Under the pieces are notes generated by a model. It did not search any database and was not told the origin of the DNA. It saw nothing but the letters and a program-made list of their open reading frames with translations. Made by a program: the position numbers and the translations under genes. 64,000 nt of DNA from a virus. Below, piece by piece: positions 8,899 through 18,371 of this stretch; the first letter of the stretch is position 1, and the number at the start of each line of letters is the position of its first letter. The stretch covers positions 50,608-114,607 of IMG/VR virus record IMGVR_UViG_3300044614_001341; one strand, written 5' to 3'.

Positions 8899-9455
8899 TA
8901 TTTGTAATGCAAATAGGCACTCATAATATACTTTGGACCACTGATAGAAGGTTCTCCCTTATGAGGAAACATCCAGAGTGGGGGAAACATAATTAAGGTT
9001 CCCTGCTTTGGTTGAATTTGAACATCCTTAAAGACAGTTTGACCACCACTTTCAACATCATTCAAATACCACATAAACGATAAAAATCTGCGGGCGGTCC
9101 CATAGTCTATCACATCTACGTGAGTATCAAACTGATCAATACCATTTGGTTCGTATTTTTTAATACGAAATTGTTCTAGAGCGTGTTCTTCAGGAAATAC
9201 ACGCTTATCTACAAACTCGTAATACTTATCACGATACTCAAAAATCTTTTTAATGATGTGATTATGAACTTGATTAACTTCTGGTGTTAATTCACGATTT
9301 TCTGTGAAATTAAATTGATTAAAATTAGGTTTCCCCTCATTATCATGACGCTCTTGTTTGTCAGGAACCTGATCAAATAAACTAATTAGAAAGTTGCATA
9401 TATCAGGTTCAAGAGCATTTTCGTAAATATGAATAAAATCTCGAAGTTCATCCAT
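8898..9455 (-). CDS. 2OG-Fe(II) oxygenase (prolyl-4-hydroxylase-like)
   Basis: HVD...YLNDVESGGQT...FPPLWMFPHKG...KY motif; likely ATG at 9455. Confidence 0.88.
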   Translation of the reverse strand: MDELRDFIHIYENALEPDICNFLISLFDQVPDKQERHDNEGKPNFNQFNFTENRELTPEVNQVHNHIIKKIFEYRDKYYEFVDKRVFPEEHALEQFRIKKYEPNGIDQFDTHVDVIDYGTARRFLSFMWYLNDVESGGQTVFKDVQIQPKQGTLIMFPPLWMFPHKGEPSISGPKYIMSAYLHYK

Positions 9456-10452
9456 AAGAGAATTCACCTTTAGCAATCACATCCAGTTTTTCCATTACTT
9501 CTTCAGTAAAGTACTCTTTTGGATTTGCTAGAATTTGTTTGGCATAAATTTTCTTACCATCCATTTCATAACGTCCCGCAACATTCTTCCAGAGTCCGCC
9601 GAGTTCCCCGAGTTCCAAAAGACCATAATAGCGATCAAGACCGCGCTCATCATAAAATAGACGGACTTCAACTTGCTGGTTCTCCTTACTTAAACGCGAC
9701 TTAGCAGTCTTTGCCTTGATAATATTTCCAACGATTTCTGTTCCATCCTTTTCCTTTTTCTTTGAAAGGTAAATGATACTAGAAGCAGCATACTTAAGAC
9801 CACTACCACCACCCATCTCCTTAGTAGGAACATAAGCACCAATAACATCATAAGTGTGATTGGTTACAATCATAGGGATTTTTGCTTGACCAAGTTTCAA
9901 AGTAAGCATACGGAATGCACCTTTAATCAGTTGGGATTTGGTCATGTCACGAACTTCTTTATCATTCAAAGCATCATTAATCTCTTTACTTGTAGAAAGC
10001 ATTCCCAAAGAGTCTAGAACAAACATACAAGGATTTCGTTCTCCCTCAGGTTTTTTCATATACATATCTACTGCTTTGAGTGCCGTTCCACGAAACTCTT
10101 CAACAGTAACAACATTGACAACCACAAGACGAGAAGTATCAATTCCACGGGATTCTAAAAGAGATTTAGTGATAGCAGCCTCAGTGTCAAAGTAGAGACA
10201 GTAACCATCGGGATGAGTATCAAGAAAGTTCTTAACCACGGCGAGAGAGAAAAAAGTCTTTCCAGTAGAAGACTCTCCAGCAATAGCAGTAATCTTATTC
10301 CCAGATACACCACCAAATACACTACCTGAAACCAGTGCATTAAAAATGTATGAACCTGTATCAACATAAGTCTCTGTCTCATCAATGTCGGAAGCAAGTT
10401 GCGTATACTCACCACCAATTTCTTTTACAATATCTTTAAGAAAATCCATCAT
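9448..10452 (-). CDS. uvsX: RecA-like recombinase UvsX
   Basis: AGESSTGKT Walker A; MGGGSGLKYAAS. Confidence 0.96.
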   Translation of the reverse strand: MMDFLKDIVKEIGGEYTQLASDIDETETYVDTGSYIFNALVSGSVFGGVSGNKITAIAGESSTGKTFFSLAVVKNFLDTHPDGYCLYFDTEAAITKSLLESRGIDTSRLVVVNVVTVEEFRGTALKAVDMYMKKPEGERNPCMFVLDSLGMLSTSKEINDALNDKEVRDMTKSQLIKGAFRMLTLKLGQAKIPMIVTNHTYDVIGAYVPTKEMGGGSGLKYAASSIIYLSKKKEKDGTEIVGNIIKAKTAKSRLSKENQQVEVRLFYDERGLDRYYGLLELGELGGLWKNVAGRYEMDGKKIYAKQILANPKEYFTEEVMEKLDVIAKGEFSYG

Positions 10453-10589
10453 TCTTTCTCCATATTTTCATTTTTATCAATATAGTTCATTTTATAAGTC
10501 CATAATTTTTGATAGAGTGCAGAATCTCCTCCCAATCTCATAGCACTAATAATCGTATTCAATTCTTTTTCGTTAATAGGCAAATCCAT
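10449..10589 (-). CDS. 46-aa conserved small protein between gp43 and uvsX
   Basis: Hand-translated MDLPINEKELNTIISAMRLGGDSALYQKLWTYKMNYIDKNENMEKE; overlaps both neighbours (TGATG, ATGA). Confidence 0.7.
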   Translation of the reverse strand: MDLPINEKELNTIISAMRLGGDSALYQKLWTYKMNYIDKNENMEKE

Positions 10590-13090
10590 CAGTTAAAAAA
10601 TGACTCTAAGGTTGTTATATGTTCTGTTTTCCATCCAATTGCATCAAGAATGGACTTAAGTGGTTCAAGAAAACTTTTTTCAAATTGTAGTTCATAGTCA
10701 ATATATTTGTCAAGTCCAAGTTCCAAAGGAAAATCTTGAATGAAAGAGACAATATTTTCTTGAATAATATTTGGTTTTTTGAGGTAGATAAATTTAATCT
10801 TTTCCCCATTACCAATAAGTGAATATTTATTGGTGAGTTTTTTCTCTTTAATATAATGATTAAAGAGAAGTGCTCCACGAATATGAATTGGTGTTCCCTT
10901 CATATAAATGTCAGAATGGGAATGATATTTACGAACATCTGAGGCAGTTCTTGGAAAAGCAATCTGCTCTGGTGGCAGTTTTTTGAAGTCAGAACGACAC
11001 TTATCAATAAACTTAATCACCTGTTCTTCAGTTCCACTCATCATTAGTTTCAGACCATCTTTAATCATCTGGCGACAAGGAGCAGGTGTGGAGGATTTAA
11101 CTGCCTCAATACCCATCATCTTCAGTTTAGGTTCTTCATAACGAACACCCTCACTATCCCAAACATTGAGAATATACCGCTTTTTGGCAGTCCAGATTCC
11201 ACGGTCAGCAATATTCTCCCGCTTCATCTGCATCTTTTGGTCATATGCATTCACATAATCCGCCAGTTCTTGGTAGCAACTTTCAATATATTTTTCAAGT
11301 TCCACCTTAGCGACCTTATCAAGGAACGAAACAACGCTTTCAGTAGTTTTTTCTCTTCCCTTGTATACAGTTTCAACCAAAGGACCCATATTGAGATAAA
11401 TGGAATCAGTATCAGAAGCAATAACATAATCTACCTCTTTAGTTTTTAGAAGTTTATTGAGATAAGTATTCATTTTTTCTTCTATCCAACGAATAGCAAC
11501 TTGCCCAGAAAGAGTAATTGCCTCAGCATTCGCTAATTTAAAGTAACGAAAATACTGATTACCAATAGCACCATAGGCAGAGTTAAGTTGAATCTTTCTT
11601 GCCATTTGGATATTGTTACATCTAGCAATCTCCTTCTCAAGTTCCTTTGTCTTTTTCTTTTCATACTCCTGTTTAGCAGCAAGCATCTTCTTTTTGTAAA
11701 TGGTGCGATCTTCATAGATCTTTTCCATCAACTCTGGAAGAAATCCCCGAACATCTTTACGATACATTGCCCCATTAGCACATACCGCATAGTCCTTATA
11801 CATTTCAAATGTGAGTTGTTTGTTAAGGATCTTATCGACACTAACAGATGGGTGCCTTTCTTCTACCAAAGTTTCTGGTGAAATATTATAACCCATAATC
11901 AGGTGAGGATACAGTGAGTTAAGGTCAAAGTTCACAACCCAATCATACACCCCAGGAATCGGTTCTTTTACATAAGCACCAGCATACTTAGAATCTTTAT
12001 CAGACCTCACGTTTGGAGGAATCACAATATTCTTCTTTTTCAGATAGTTGTAGATAATTGTATCCCACATACGAACCTGAGAGAAAACATCAGCATAGTT
12101 TGCCTTAGCATCATACGCCATCGTCAAAGCAAGTTCAATGAGTTTCATCTTGTCTTCCAAACGGTCAACAAGTTCTACGTCAATGATGTTGTATTCTACA
12201 AACTTCTGCCAACCTTTGGTGTAGAAATCTTTGAACGTATCAAACTCACTGTGATCTAACTTTTTCTGACCAAGTTCTACATTTGCAATGTGGTCAAGAC
12301 GATAAGATTCCTGTGCCTTATAAGTAAACTTCTTATAAAGATTCAGATAATCAAGTTGACTTACTCCACCAATATCATAGGAAATATGCTTACGCCCAGA
12401 GATGAATGTTTCACTTTCAGTTACCAATCCCCATGGAGACATACGCTTCATGAGTTTTTCTCCCAGAACACGATCTATACGACGAACCAAGTATGGGATA
12501 TCATATAATTCACTATTCCAACCAGTAATGACTTCAGGTGTATTCTCCTCAATCATCCACCAATTAATAAAGTCGTTCAACAAATCATGCTCATTTGTAA
12601 AAGAACGATATTTTACATTACTCTGTTGATTATTGAACTTACCAAGACCCCAAGTAAGAATCTGTTTTGTATTATAATCTTGAAGTGTAATGAGCAACAC
12701 TTCTTCAGCGGCACTTTCCACATCAGGGAATCCATTCTCGGATGCAACCTCAATATCAATTGTTGTTACTTTGATTTTATTAATATCAAACTTAACTTCA
12801 TCTTCAGGATAAGTTTCGGAAATATATTGATAGATGTATCGGTCATTTCCATGAATTGAAAATCCTTGAACATCAGTATATTTCTTAATAAATTCTCTAC
12901 ATTCTCTTACTGTTCCAGGTTGAATTGGTTCAACACATTCACCATTCAGAGTTTTATATTCAGTATTCTTTTTTGAAGGAACAAAAAGAGTCGGGTAAAA
13001 CTTCTCACGGGTCATGAAATGTTTACCATTTTCATAACCACGGACCAAGAAGTGGTCCCCGACCATCTGGACATTTGTATAAAATCGCAT
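10589..13090 (-). CDS. gp43: Family B DNA polymerase (T4 gp43)
   Basis: DIEV exonuclease motif; FDLNSLYPH; KIQLNSAYG; SDTDS. Confidence 0.97.
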   Translation of the reverse strand: MRFYTNVQMVGDHFLVRGYENGKHFMTREKFYPTLFVPSKKNTEYKTLNGECVEPIQPGTVRECREFIKKYTDVQGFSIHGNDRYIYQYISETYPEDEVKFDINKIKVTTIDIEVASENGFPDVESAAEEVLLITLQDYNTKQILTWGLGKFNNQQSNVKYRSFTNEHDLLNDFINWWMIEENTPEVITGWNSELYDIPYLVRRIDRVLGEKLMKRMSPWGLVTESETFISGRKHISYDIGGVSQLDYLNLYKKFTYKAQESYRLDHIANVELGQKKLDHSEFDTFKDFYTKGWQKFVEYNIIDVELVDRLEDKMKLIELALTMAYDAKANYADVFSQVRMWDTIIYNYLKKKNIVIPPNVRSDKDSKYAGAYVKEPIPGVYDWVVNFDLNSLYPHLIMGYNISPETLVEERHPSVSVDKILNKQLTFEMYKDYAVCANGAMYRKDVRGFLPELMEKIYEDRTIYKKKMLAAKQEYEKKKTKELEKEIARCNNIQMARKIQLNSAYGAIGNQYFRYFKLANAEAITLSGQVAIRWIEEKMNTYLNKLLKTKEVDYVIASDTDSIYLNMGPLVETVYKGREKTTESVVSFLDKVAKVELEKYIESCYQELADYVNAYDQKMQMKRENIADRGIWTAKKRYILNVWDSEGVRYEEPKLKMMGIEAVKSSTPAPCRQMIKDGLKLMMSGTEEQVIKFIDKCRSDFKKLPPEQIAFPRTASDVRKYHSHSDIYMKGTPIHIRGALLFNHYIKEKKLTNKYSLIGNGEKIKFIYLKKPNIIQENIVSFIQDFPLELGLDKYIDYELQFEKSFLEPLKSILDAIGWKTEHITTLESFFN

Positions 13091-13344
13091 TATGCAGTCA
13101 ATTCAAGATACTTTTCAACAATTTCTGGTTTAGGATTTACAATAGTAAGAATACTATCGGAGTGAATCATCATTTCTGTTTGGTCAGATACATCTGGCCA
13201 AGGAGTTAAATTTCCCTCAGCATCAATTTTATAGGGATTAATTAGTTTACAATCTGGTTCTCCAAGTTCAGAACCAACTTCAATAATCTCAGTGACAATT
13301 ACATTGTCAACCTTCAGTAAAAGACACTTCACTGTTTTCGACAT
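13090..13344 (-). CDS. Small conserved protein (Sm-like fold candidate)
   Basis: 84-aa ORF; resembles the adjacent ORF (L-N-P-Y...L-x-P-W). Confidence 0.7.
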   Translation of the reverse strand: MSKTVKCLLLKVDNVIVTEIIEVGSELGEPDCKLINPYKIDAEGNLTPWPDVSDQTEMMIHSDSILTIVNPKPEIVEKYLELTA

Positions 13345-13639
13345 TTACTTTTTCCTCATACATTTCTTTAATAGTTTGAATTGGTTCTACAATCGTAACA
13401 ACCCAATCTGGCGGAACTGGTATTTGTTCATCGCTGGTTAGAATAATCCAAGGAGACAAAGAAATTTCTAAATCACCTTTTGAATTTTCATTTTCTTCTA
13501 CCAACAAAAATGCCTTTCTCGTCTCTATTTTATGAGGTTTCGTAAGTAGATACCCACATATCTTATCACCAGAAATCAATTCTTTGGCATCAGAAATAAC
13601 AGTTTCACCAGACTTTAATAGTACTAACTTGATTGACAT
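13307..13639 (-). CDS. Small conserved protein (Sm-like fold candidate)
   Basis: IKLVLLKSGETVI start typical of T4-like Sm-like proteins. Confidence 0.72.
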   Translation of the reverse strand: MSIKLVLLKSGETVISDAKELISGDKICGYLLTKPHKIETRKAFLLVEENENSKGDLEISLSPWIILTSDEQIPVPPDWVVTIVEPIQTIKEMYEEKVNVENSEVSFTEG

Positions 13640-13660
13640 TTTACGATGTACTCTTCGATC

Positions 13661-13689
13661 ATTATAGCAAAAAAATGGGGGAGCGTCAA
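13661..13689 (-). promoter_or_regulatory. Sigma70-type promoter for the DNA polymerase operon
   Basis: TTGACG-17 bp-TATAAT. Confidence 0.82.
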
Positions 13690-13713
13690 ACTGGATTGTG
13701 CCAGTTGCTCCCC
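13669..13713 (-). terminator. Intrinsic terminator with an extended stem
   Basis: GGGGAGC-AACTGG-CACAAT-CCAGTT-TGAC-GCTCCCC followed by CA-T7. Confidence 0.75.
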
Positions 13714-13737
13714 TGCGGCGACGATATTCAGTTCTAT

Positions 13738-13917
13738 TTAGTCGCCACCAGAATCACCAGAAGATCCTCCAGAACCACTATCAGTATTGAGAGCACAAAC
13801 TTTCTTTTTGGGTGCCATAGCATATTTCACAGTTTTACCATAGCAATTTTCTTTTGTTGGTAAAGGAGGATTTCCAAAATCCCCAACTTTTTCCATAAAC
13901 TGCTGAAAAGTTTTCAT
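13738..13917 (-). CDS. 59-aa small late protein with a capsid-targeting-like N-terminus
   Basis: Hand-translated MKTFQQFMEKVGDFGNPPLPTKENCYGKTVKYAMAPKKKVCALNTDSGSGGSSGDSGGD; CTAAATA upstream. Confidence 0.7.
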   Translation of the reverse strand: MKTFQQFMEKVGDFGNPPLPTKENCYGKTVKYAMAPKKKVCALNTDSGSGGSSGDSGGD

Positions 13918-13940
13918 TGCCCAACTAAGTTTTTTTCTAT

Positions 13941-14381
13941 TTAGAGATAGTCCTTACGAGTATGATGCTCTGGTACTATTTTCCCAAGTACGATCCGTAA
14001 AAGTCCGTCTTCAAATGTGACTTCGCGAACTTCTGTGTCGTCGGATAAAGTCCACGCTCGTTTAAAACTTCTGCTAGCCACTCCCTTGTGGATAAACGTC
14101 CTATCCGTTTCGGCATTTGATTTTTGTCCTTCGACAAAAAGCTTTCCATATTCTGTGAAAACATTGACCTCTCCCTTCTTGAATCCTGCTAATGCAATCT
14201 CTAAGTGAGACTCTACATTATTTACCTGAATAAGATTGTAGGGGGGATAGTTTGTTGTAGTTTCGTGAAGATTAAATAAACGATCAAAATATTCATCCAT
14301 TCCAATACTATTGCGAGTGATTCTTTCCATCAAAGCAGGAAGATCCGCAGCAGTAAACCGTGATGTTGCAAGGTTAGTCAT
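13941..14381 (-). CDS. hsp20: Small heat shock protein (Hsp20/IbpA-like)
   Basis: NYPPYNL...EIALAGF...HKGVASRSF...FEDGLL. Confidence 0.95.
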   Translation of the reverse strand: MTNLATSRFTAADLPALMERITRNSIGMDEYFDRLFNLHETTTNYPPYNLIQVNNVESHLEIALAGFKKGEVNVFTEYGKLFVEGQKSNAETDRTFIHKGVASRSFKRAWTLSDDTEVREVTFEDGLLRIVLGKIVPEHHTRKDYL

Positions 14382-14458
14382 TATGGTAGCTCCTTAAAAA
14401 GCGAGTTTGTTTTTTGTGGACCCTTTCGGCATCCGTATATAATTATAACACTTTACAT

Positions 14459-14484
14459 AAAAAAGGCGGGTGTAAAACCCGCTC
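14459..14484 (-). terminator. Intrinsic terminator after regA
   Basis: GCGGGT-TTTAC-ACCCGC then C-T6. Confidence 0.75.
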
Positions 14485-14488
14485 TTTT

Positions 14489-14929
14489 TCATTCGGCATC
14501 CTCCACCTTTTTCTTTTTAGCACCAATATTATACTTGGTCTCTAAAATCCAATCTCCCTTATCCTTATAGGCAAGAACTTTAATTTGATTCAGGGGAGCA
14601 ATATCCTGAATCTTTTTAACATCAACAATCTCAATCAAACCCCAATCAGCGAGAAGTTGAGCGATACGATTGCGACGTTGCACATCATTCACAGTCAGGT
14701 TAGCGTGTTTGCCATCCAGAGCAAACAGTTCCTTAAAGTGAACGAGATAATACCTACCTTGCTTGTGTAGAATATGGCAAGACTGATAGATTTTCTTTTC
14801 CTTTCTTGAAGCAACTCCGATACGGGTCAAAGTCTCACGAACCTTAAGAAAATCATCAGGTTCATTAAGGATCACTTCCACCATTTGGTCGGGCGCCCAC
14901 TTCACTTCAGGTTCTTGAACGACACTCAT
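14489..14929 (-). CDS. regA: Translational repressor RegA
   Basis: PDDFLKVRETLTRIGVAS...QSCHILHKQGRYYLVHFKELF. Confidence 0.96.
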   Translation of the reverse strand: MSVVQEPEVKWAPDQMVEVILNEPDDFLKVRETLTRIGVASRKEKKIYQSCHILHKQGRYYLVHFKELFALDGKHANLTVNDVQRRNRIAQLLADWGLIEIVDVKKIQDIAPLNQIKVLAYKDKGDWILETKYNIGAKKKKVEDAE

Positions 14930-15306
14930 TTTGTTCCTCCAGTTTCAAATTTCGATTTAATAAATGTTAGTTGTTCTTTAGTAAGAATCCTCAAAGCTTG
15001 TTTTGCCTTCTCATTACTATAACCATAATAACGTTTGACATAATCAAGGTCTTTGATTTTATCTTGACGGAGCCAGGGAGAAAATCTCTTCTTTTTCCTC
15101 AGACTATTTATATAAAAGTCATATTGCATCTTTTTTGGGAGGAAATGATATTGATTCATTTCATTTGCATACATCAAACAATCAATGTGCCCAGAAAAGC
15201 AGCGATTGATAATATAGGGTGCATATTCCTTCTCAAGTGAAGGGTCTTCGTCAATCAGGTGCTGTTTCGTTTGATTGATCGAGTTTAACCAGTCCTTCAA
15301 TTCCAT
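14926..15306 (-). CDS. gp62: Clamp loader small subunit (gp62)
   Basis: MELKDWLNSIN...LRKKKRFSPW...YYGYSNEKA; ATG at 15306. Confidence 0.93.
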   Translation of the reverse strand: MELKDWLNSINQTKQHLIDEDPSLEKEYAPYIINRCFSGHIDCLMYANEMNQYHFLPKKMQYDFYINSLRKKKRFSPWLRQDKIKDLDYVKRYYGYSNEKAKQALRILTKEQLTFIKSKFETGGTK

Positions 15307-16123
15307 AATTAAAAAGCAAGAGTTCTTTACGTTGTTTTTGCTCACGCATATATTCACCAACGGAACGCATCGTGTAAGTTAGATCAAACTCAGCAGCGTT
15401 CCAGTTCTTAAATCTATCTTTTACAAGTTGATCCGAATTATAACTGATTAACTGGTCCATATCATTAGAATCACAATCAGCAGCAAACTTATCGTGATCA
15501 AATCTTTTGTGCATTGATCCCTTATTCCCATAGAGATTGTCCTTAATATCATAAGGAGGATCGAGATACATAAAAGCACTCTTGTTTCCATCCATTAGAT
15601 AATCATACGAGTAATTAGTTATACGCCAATTAGCGATTAACTTAGAATACTCTGACAATTTTTCAATTCCTCTCAGGGAAAAATTGGAGTTACTTGCTTG
15701 CCCTGAAAAAGATGAACTTTCGGTAAGACCACTAAAAGAACATTTGTTAACAATATAGAAAGCGACAGCACGATTAAAGTTCGTTTCAGACTCATCATTG
15801 ATATGCTCCTTTGATTTTAAAAAAAGTTCTTTAGCAAGTTCAGGAGTATTGTAGGCAAGTTTACAATCAACTAGTTCGTTCTTTAAATCATTCCCAAACA
15901 TCTGGAGTTGTTGCCAGAAGTTTACAAGAGGTTCATAGAGATCGTTTACCCAAATATCCAAACTGGGATACTTTTTAGTAATATATATCGCAACACTTCC
16001 ACCACCAATAAATGGTTCACGAAATTCATCATAGTTCCGTAGGTCTGGAAAGTATGGACCCATCTTTTCACAAGCACGGGACTTTCCGCCAGGGTAGCGT
16101 AACGGGGTTTTAAGAGATTTCAT
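15251..16123 (-). CDS. dam: DNA adenine methyltransferase (Dam/D12 class)
   Basis: LRYPGGKSR; EPFIGGGSV; YLDPPY. Confidence 0.92.
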   Translation of the reverse strand: MKSLKTPLRYPGGKSRACEKMGPYFPDLRNYDEFREPFIGGGSVAIYITKKYPSLDIWVNDLYEPLVNFWQQLQMFGNDLKNELVDCKLAYNTPELAKELFLKSKEHINDESETNFNRAVAFYIVNKCSFSGLTESSSFSGQASNSNFSLRGIEKLSEYSKLIANWRITNYSYDYLMDGNKSAFMYLDPPYDIKDNLYGNKGSMHKRFDHDKFAADCDSNDMDQLISYNSDQLVKDRFKNWNAAEFDLTYTMRSVGEYMREQKQRKELLLFNYGIEGLVKLDQSNETAPD

Positions 16124-16319
16124 AATCAGGTTTGTTATACTTCAAGTATTCAAAGAAAGTGAGTTTCATTTCTTTTTGAGTCATCCCACAATGCTTTGCT
16201 GCTTGTGGCAGATTCATTTTAGAATAAAAGAGTGCCTCATTTGCCTCTTTTACATTTTCAGGGGTTGTTTTCACTGGAACTTCTTTAAGAAGTTTATCAT
16301 CAATTTTATAGGGGTTCAT
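16110..16319 (-). CDS. Small conserved hypothetical protein
   Basis: 69-aa ORF overlapping both neighbours; short HTH-like segment. Confidence 0.7.
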   Translation of the reverse strand: MNPYKIDDKLLKEVPVKTTPENVKEANEALFYSKMNLPQAAKHCGMTQKEMKLTFFEYLKYNKPDYEIS

Positions 16320-17266
16320 TGGAATTCACACTCTGCCATAATTTCAATCAGTGCTGCTAGGAGATTAATTTCTTGGTCAGCCACAAAACAAATTTGGTAT
16401 TGATACTTAGCAATAATAAGAACGGCAGCGGGGATAGACTGGGGAAGTAGAACACTATAAAGGGCGTCATAAACCCTGCGAAGAATGATAGAAGAATCGT
16501 TGTCCAAGTTGGCGACCACCCACTTTCGGACTTCTGTGAAATTTTTTTCTTTGATGTATTTAATGAGATCATTTACGGCAATGTCAGAGAAGGATGCAAG
16601 AATACCAGAGTCAATTTCTCCACCAACAGAATAACGTTGGCATTCATTGAGAACTCGCCTAAAATCAGGAAAATGCTTGGATATCAGTTCGGCAAGAACT
16701 TTTGAATCATATTTAATTCTTTCATTATCAAGAATATTTTGCAATCTTTTGAAAAAAGAACCTGCTAATTGTGCCTTCTCTTTACCCTTTACACTAAAAT
16801 CAACAACAGCACATCGGGAATGAAGAGGTTCAATAATTTTATTTTTGTAGTTACAGGTAAAGATAAATCTACAATTATTGTAAAATGTTTCAATATTTGC
16901 TCTTAGCAAAAGTTGAACATCATTACCCGTATTGTCCGCCTCATCTATAATAATAACTTTATGTTTAGAATCTGCTGTTAGTGAAACTGTTGATGCAAAG
17001 TTTTTTGCCTGATTCCTTACAGTATCAAGAAAACGACCTTCATCAGAACCATTAATTACATAATAATCTGCACCCAATTGATTACAAAGTGCTTTTGCAA
17101 TTGTAGTTTTACCAATACCAGGAGGTCCAGAAAGAAGAAGATTTGGAATCTCGCCCTTACTGACAAAATCATTAAATGTTTTCTTTGTATCATCTGGAAG
17201 AATACAATCATCAATAGTTTGAGGTCTGTATTTTTCTACGAACAAAAATGAATTGTTATCGCTCAT
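16316..17266 (-). CDS. gp44: Clamp loader large subunit (gp44)
   Basis: VEKYRP; GPPGIGKTT; IIDEAD; LHSRC; FPDFRR. Confidence 0.96.
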   Translation of the reverse strand: MSDNNSFLFVEKYRPQTIDDCILPDDTKKTFNDFVSKGEIPNLLLSGPPGIGKTTIAKALCNQLGADYYVINGSDEGRFLDTVRNQAKNFASTVSLTADSKHKVIIIDEADNTGNDVQLLLRANIETFYNNCRFIFTCNYKNKIIEPLHSRCAVVDFSVKGKEKAQLAGSFFKRLQNILDNERIKYDSKVLAELISKHFPDFRRVLNECQRYSVGGEIDSGILASFSDIAVNDLIKYIKEKNFTEVRKWVVANLDNDSSIILRRVYDALYSVLLPQSIPAAVLIIAKYQYQICFVADQEINLLAALIEIMAECEFQ

Positions 17267-17282
17267 AATCAAAATAAAAAGT

Positions 17283-17816
17283 TCAAAGGTAATAATAGTT
17301 TGCGAATGATTTACTTCTCATTCTCCAACTTACAGTATCTTTATGGATACCAAGTATTGTAGCACATTCTTTTACAGATTCATAAATCACACCATCAACA
17401 TAGCATTTTTTTCCCATAGATTTTGAAAGATTTTTTTTATGCTCTTCAGTAAAGGGAACTCCTTTTCTTGGATGAGAATTTTTAGACCAATATTCTTTTT
17501 GGGACTTACGCATTTTATCAATAGAATCTTTTGTGTGCTTCGTTCCCCACAAAGAATTCAAAGAAGGATTTAACCATTCGCAGTATTGTTGTTCCACGGA
17601 TTTAATGTCTTCACCTTCGTGAATCCATTTGACAACTTCAATAGTAAAATTATGATATCCATATTTTAAAAAATTGTTATAAAGTTTAGGACAATCCATT
17701 TTATTACTATTACACATTGTTATATGTTTAGCAAATCTAAGCATATAATTCTTTTCAGTAGAACCTATGTAATTTTCTCCTGTTATTTTGTTTCTTATTT
17801 GATAAACGCAACTCAT
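17283..17816 (-). mobile_element. Free-standing GIY-YIG homing endonuclease (Seg-like) with NUMOD3-like repeats
   Basis: CVYQI...YIGST...R; HTKDSIDKMRKS and FTEEHKKNLSKS repeats; C-terminal HTH. Confidence 0.85.
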
Positions 17817-17854
17817 TTACTAAACCTCGTAATATAATACTATTTAGTAAATGA
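17813..17854 (-). promoter_or_regulatory. Perfect 12-bp inverted repeat sequestering the GIY-YIG start codon, with a late promoter in the 5' arm
   Basis: TCATTTACTAAA...TTTAGTAAATGA; the ATG lies in the 3' arm and CTAAATA overlaps the 5' arm. Confidence 0.8.
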
Positions 17855-17859
17855 ATTAT

Positions 17860-18369
17860 TTACACCCATTCTGGTTTACGTTCTGGCATACGGAGATAGT
17901 TGTCCGCAACCCAGGGTTTGGAAGCAATATACATTTTGTATGCAGTAAATGTATCAATGCTTTCATCAAATTTGTATTCGTCAGGCATAGCACGAACGAA
18001 TGGAGTCACCTCAGTAATCTTTCCTTTGGGAAAAAGGTAGTATGCGGCAACAAGAGTATTATAACACGAATGCTGCTTGCCGTATCGCAGAGTGTACTCA
18101 TCACAGAGATTCATCCCGTGCTTAATCAACCAGTAGGCATTGTCAATAGTCTTTGCTACCCATTGAGTGCAGGGATGATTGCGAAAGGCACCCTTCTCAG
18201 TTGCATAGGAGGTTCCATCTGCTTTAGGAAGAGTGCCATAGTTGTGATACCACTTAGATGCCACGATAGAAAGCATTTGGCAGCACTCAAGAGACATTTT
18301 CGTTACGTGACGGTCAGGAAGTACGATAGCACTTTCTGCTGGAAATGGTGAAGTGACAAAAATATTCAA
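17860..18369 (-). CDS. Pyrimidine-dimer DNA glycosylase-like protein (DenV-related family)
   Basis: MNIF...LPDRHVTKMSLECCQML...NHPCTQW...EYTLRYGKQH; TTG start. Confidence 0.8.
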   Translation of the reverse strand: MNIFVTSPFPAESAIVLPDRHVTKMSLECCQMLSIVASKWYHNYGTLPKADGTSYATEKGAFRNHPCTQWVAKTIDNAYWLIKHGMNLCDEYTLRYGKQHSCYNTLVAAYYLFPKGKITEVTPFVRAMPDEYKFDESIDTFTAYKMYIASKPWVADNYLRMPERKPEWV

Positions 18370-18371
18370 AG

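Noticed and set aside
15251-15360. Long dam/gp62 overlap and the extended gp62 N-terminus in the track
   Set aside because: gp62 most plausibly starts at the ATG at 15306; the remaining 56-nt overlap needs no special mechanism
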